DNA of 64,000 nucleotides from Candidatus Latescibacterota bacterium (lineage in GTDB: Bacteria; Latescibacterota; UBA2968), in NCBI GenBank assembly GCA_965116885.1, contig OZ220741.1, positions 2,880,001-2,944,000 on the forward strand, written 5' to 3'. This document shows positions 60,324 through 64,000 of this stretch, piece by piece. The notes beneath the pieces are model-generated. The model searched no databases, was not told the DNA's origin, and saw only the letters and a program-made list of their open reading frames with translations. Position 1 is the stretch's first letter; the number at the start of each line of letters is the position of its first letter. Position numbers and translations under genes: made by a program.

Positions 60324-62108
60324 TCAAGAACCTACCTCGCGGAATCCTTTGGGTAAATCTTCTCCTTTCACAAGTGCAGCCTTCAATGCGCGTGAATGCT
60401 GACAATTTCCCCTGTATTGAAATCCGCGGCATGCACATGACACGTCGTTTCCATCTACTTCCAATTCGTAAAAAGCCCCTGGCCGTGACGAACTTTCCGC
60501 GCGATACTTTGCAATTTTTGGTCCACTCAACACCCGCGCCAAAATTTCAATAGCTTCTTGCGATGGTTGTTGGCGTTCAACAGGTTTACCCGTGCCCAAT
60601 GCTTCTGCATGCGCTTCCCGAAAGGCCGCGCTTGCCTCGCGCAATACATCGCCCATTTCCGCGCTGTCTATATCTCCTGGCAAGGCATTTTGCAATACAT
60701 CCATAATGCGTCGCATTTCTCCCATTACATCGCGATGGAAATCTTCGGGCAGCGCGCGGCCTTCTACCATCTGGTCGATCAAATCCGCTTTTGTTTCCAA
60801 CACTGTGCGCACAAATGTATCGACGGTATCGCGTCCAACCATATACGTTACATTTACCATACCCGTTTGCCCAATGCGATAAGCCCGATCTTCGGCTTGC
60901 CAGTGATTGACGGGTACCCAGTCCAGATCGTTAAAAATGATCTGGCGAGCTGCTGTCAGGTTTAGTCCCACGCCGCCTGCTGTGATATTTGCCAGTAATA
61001 ATCGCACGTCATCGTCTTCCTGAAACCGGTCTGCCCGTTCCTGTCGTTGTGCTACCGGCACTTCACCTGTGATGACCACGGCCTGGTCGCCGAATTTTGT
61101 TTTTAAAATTTCCAGTGGGCGCAAGAAGCACGAAAATACTATCGCTTTTTCCCCTTGATCCACCACATTTTCTACAAAGGGCAATGTCGTTCGCACTTTG
61201 GATGTCGCCAGGCGAAGTCTTGCTCTTGTCAACTGCCCCAGCGCGTGTCCCCGTTCTTCAGATGAAGGAGATTCCTCTAAAGCCTCTCGCGCACTTCGCC
61301 GAGAATATTTTTGCAGGAGATCCAGGACGGCTGTGCTCATTCGATGCGCGACCCGACTCGATACATCTACGTCCAACCACGTCCGTATTTTAGGTGGCAA
61401 ATCCAGGACCTGATTCTTTGTCCGCCGCAGCATAATTCCGTGCAAATGCACGGTTAATTCTTCGATATTACTCGCGCCATCAGTCACCCAGCCATATTCT
61501 CCTTTGTACGCATCGCAATACCGTTTTGCAAATCCCATAAAGCTACGTCCCAGAGCGTGTCGAGCAAGTTGTAGCAATGGAAAAAGATCTCTTGGCCGAC
61601 TCGTCAGGGGGGTGCCTGTCAAGAGATGTACCACTGTTTCTTCGGGCAATTGCTTTACCAGTTGCATAGAAAATTTGTGCCGCTGACTGCGGTGGTTTTT
61701 CAAATAATGCGCCTCGTCAAAGACAACGCCTTTCCAGTCCAGCGCGCAAAATGCATTGATGTGCTTGCCCAGGATATCGTAGTTGACAATCGCCCAACCC
61801 TCAAACTCCGCTTCAGGGGGATCGCCCGGTCCAATAATCCATGTCTGTACACGAGGTAGAACAACCGCAATTTCTCTCGCCCAATTGCGTTTCACCGTCG
61901 CCGGACAAATCACCAGATACGGTCCTTTGGGTTCGGTTTGTGACATGGCAATCACGGACTGCCGCGTTTTGCCCAGTCCCATGTCGTCGGCTAAGATCGA
62001 TCGCCGCCGCCCCATCAAAAATGCGATGCCCTCTACCTGATGTGGATAAAGTCCTTTGGCAATATCTGTTGCGCGGTTGAGTATTGCAGTGTCGAATGTT
62101 TTTGCCAT
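60324..62108 (-). CDS. SNF2-family helicase with C-terminal SWIM zinc finger
   Basis: LADDMGLGKT, DEAH, LTGTP, LRR, QAEDRAYRIGQ; CACRGFQYRGNCQH. Confidence 0.9.
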   Translation of the reverse strand: MAKTFDTAILNRATDIAKGLYPHQVEGIAFLMGRRRSILADDMGLGKTRQSVIAMSQTEPKGPYLVICPATVKRNWAREIAVVLPRVQTWIIGPGDPPEAEFEGWAIVNYDILGKHINAFCALDWKGVVFDEAHYLKNHRSQRHKFSMQLVKQLPEETVVHLLTGTPLTSRPRDLFPLLQLARHALGRSFMGFAKRYCDAYKGEYGWVTDGASNIEELTVHLHGIMLRRTKNQVLDLPPKIRTWLDVDVSSRVAHRMSTAVLDLLQKYSRRSAREALEESPSSEERGHALGQLTRARLRLATSKVRTTLPFVENVVDQGEKAIVFSCFLRPLEILKTKFGDQAVVITGEVPVAQRQERADRFQEDDDVRLLLANITAGGVGLNLTAARQIIFNDLDWVPVNHWQAEDRAYRIGQTGMVNVTYMVGRDTVDTFVRTVLETKADLIDQMVEGRALPEDFHRDVMGEMRRIMDVLQNALPGDIDSAEMGDVLREASAAFREAHAEALGTGKPVERQQPSQEAIEILARVLSGPKIAKYRAESSSRPGAFYELEVDGNDVSCACRGFQYRGNCQHSRALKAALVKGEDLPKGFREVGS

Positions 62109-62203
62109 CGAAGCGGTCTGTTCCGTGAATTTAGTTGCTTTTAAGATAACTCTTTTCTTTTTTTAATATAGTTTATACTTTGCTTTTTGCAATCTGCAAA
62201 TAA

Positions 62204-63697
<1,494 letters not shown>

Positions 63698-63719
63698 GTT
63701 ATCTGTTTTTGTACATGAC

Positions 63720-63757
63720 AAAGCGCTGTGCAGAACGATCTGCACAGCGCTTTTTTT
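63720..63757 (+). terminator. Rho-independent (likely bidirectional) terminator
   Basis: AAAGCGCTGTGCAGA-N4-TCTGCACAGCGCTTT plus a T tract. Confidence 0.88.
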
Positions 63758-63771
63758 GATGTTGGTGCGAT

Positions 63772-64000
63772 TCAGGCCCTTTTTGCCACGGCCACAATCC
63801 GTTTTGTATATCCCGACAGGTCATCCATGAGCGAATATATGGTGGGCAGAATGACGAGGGTGAGGATGGTAGAGATCGAGAGGCCAGAGATAATGACCAG
63901 CCCAATTGGGCCCCAACGCCTGGCATTGCCTTCGGCATTGCCGTAAATCATCGGAATAACCAGTGGCGTAAGCCCCAAAATGGTCGTGGTTGCGGTCATC
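63772..64000 (-). CDS. RND efflux permease (AcrB family), C-terminal fragment; 5' end outside the window
   Basis: MTATTTILGLTPL...IISGL..STILTLVILPTIY. Confidence 0.85.
   Translation of the reverse strand, partial: MTATTTILGLTPLVIPMIYGNAEGNARRWGPIGLVIISGLSISTILTLVILPTIYSLMDDLSGYTKRIVAVAKRA

Overview
Gene-dense 64 kb bacterial chromosomal segment of roughly 50% GC (by eye). The left ~36 kb is mostly accessory catabolism: five Fe(II)/2-oxoglutarate oxygenase-fold genes (including a tandem pair of double-domain PhyH proteins), two sulfatases, an enolase-superfamily enzyme, UxuA, two NADP oxidoreductase paralogues, hydrolases and transporters. It also holds small toxin-antitoxin-like modules. 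The right part is largely core: tmRNA, nucleotide-sugar genes, argF, nrnA, ftsEX, SurA/PrsA foldases, mfd, tRNA-Asp and a long-form ilvC. The gene repertoire resembles PhyH/sulfatase-rich marine or sponge-associated FCB-group bacteria such as Latescibacterota; this is inference only. Most notable: (1) an exported ~967-aa fusion of a degenerate CGC-bearing 5'-nucleotidase fold, a tetrahaem cytochrome c and GILT/thioredoxin domains, with a partner lipoprotein; (2) tandem PhyH proteins lacking the HxD carboxylate; (3) an ftsEX operon whose FtsE lacks Walker A and the ABC signature, followed by a catalytic-domain-less EnvC-like partner; (4) a Zn-ribbon/SF1 helicase/Vsr-like nuclease gene with a near-perfect 186-bp internal duplication near the ssrA 3' end; (5) scattered 7-10-mer tandem, sometimes inverted, repeat arms overlapping gene ends; (6) a higB toxin gene deleted down to nine codons; and (7) a frameshifted surA. 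All calls come from manual motif recognition. No searches were run.
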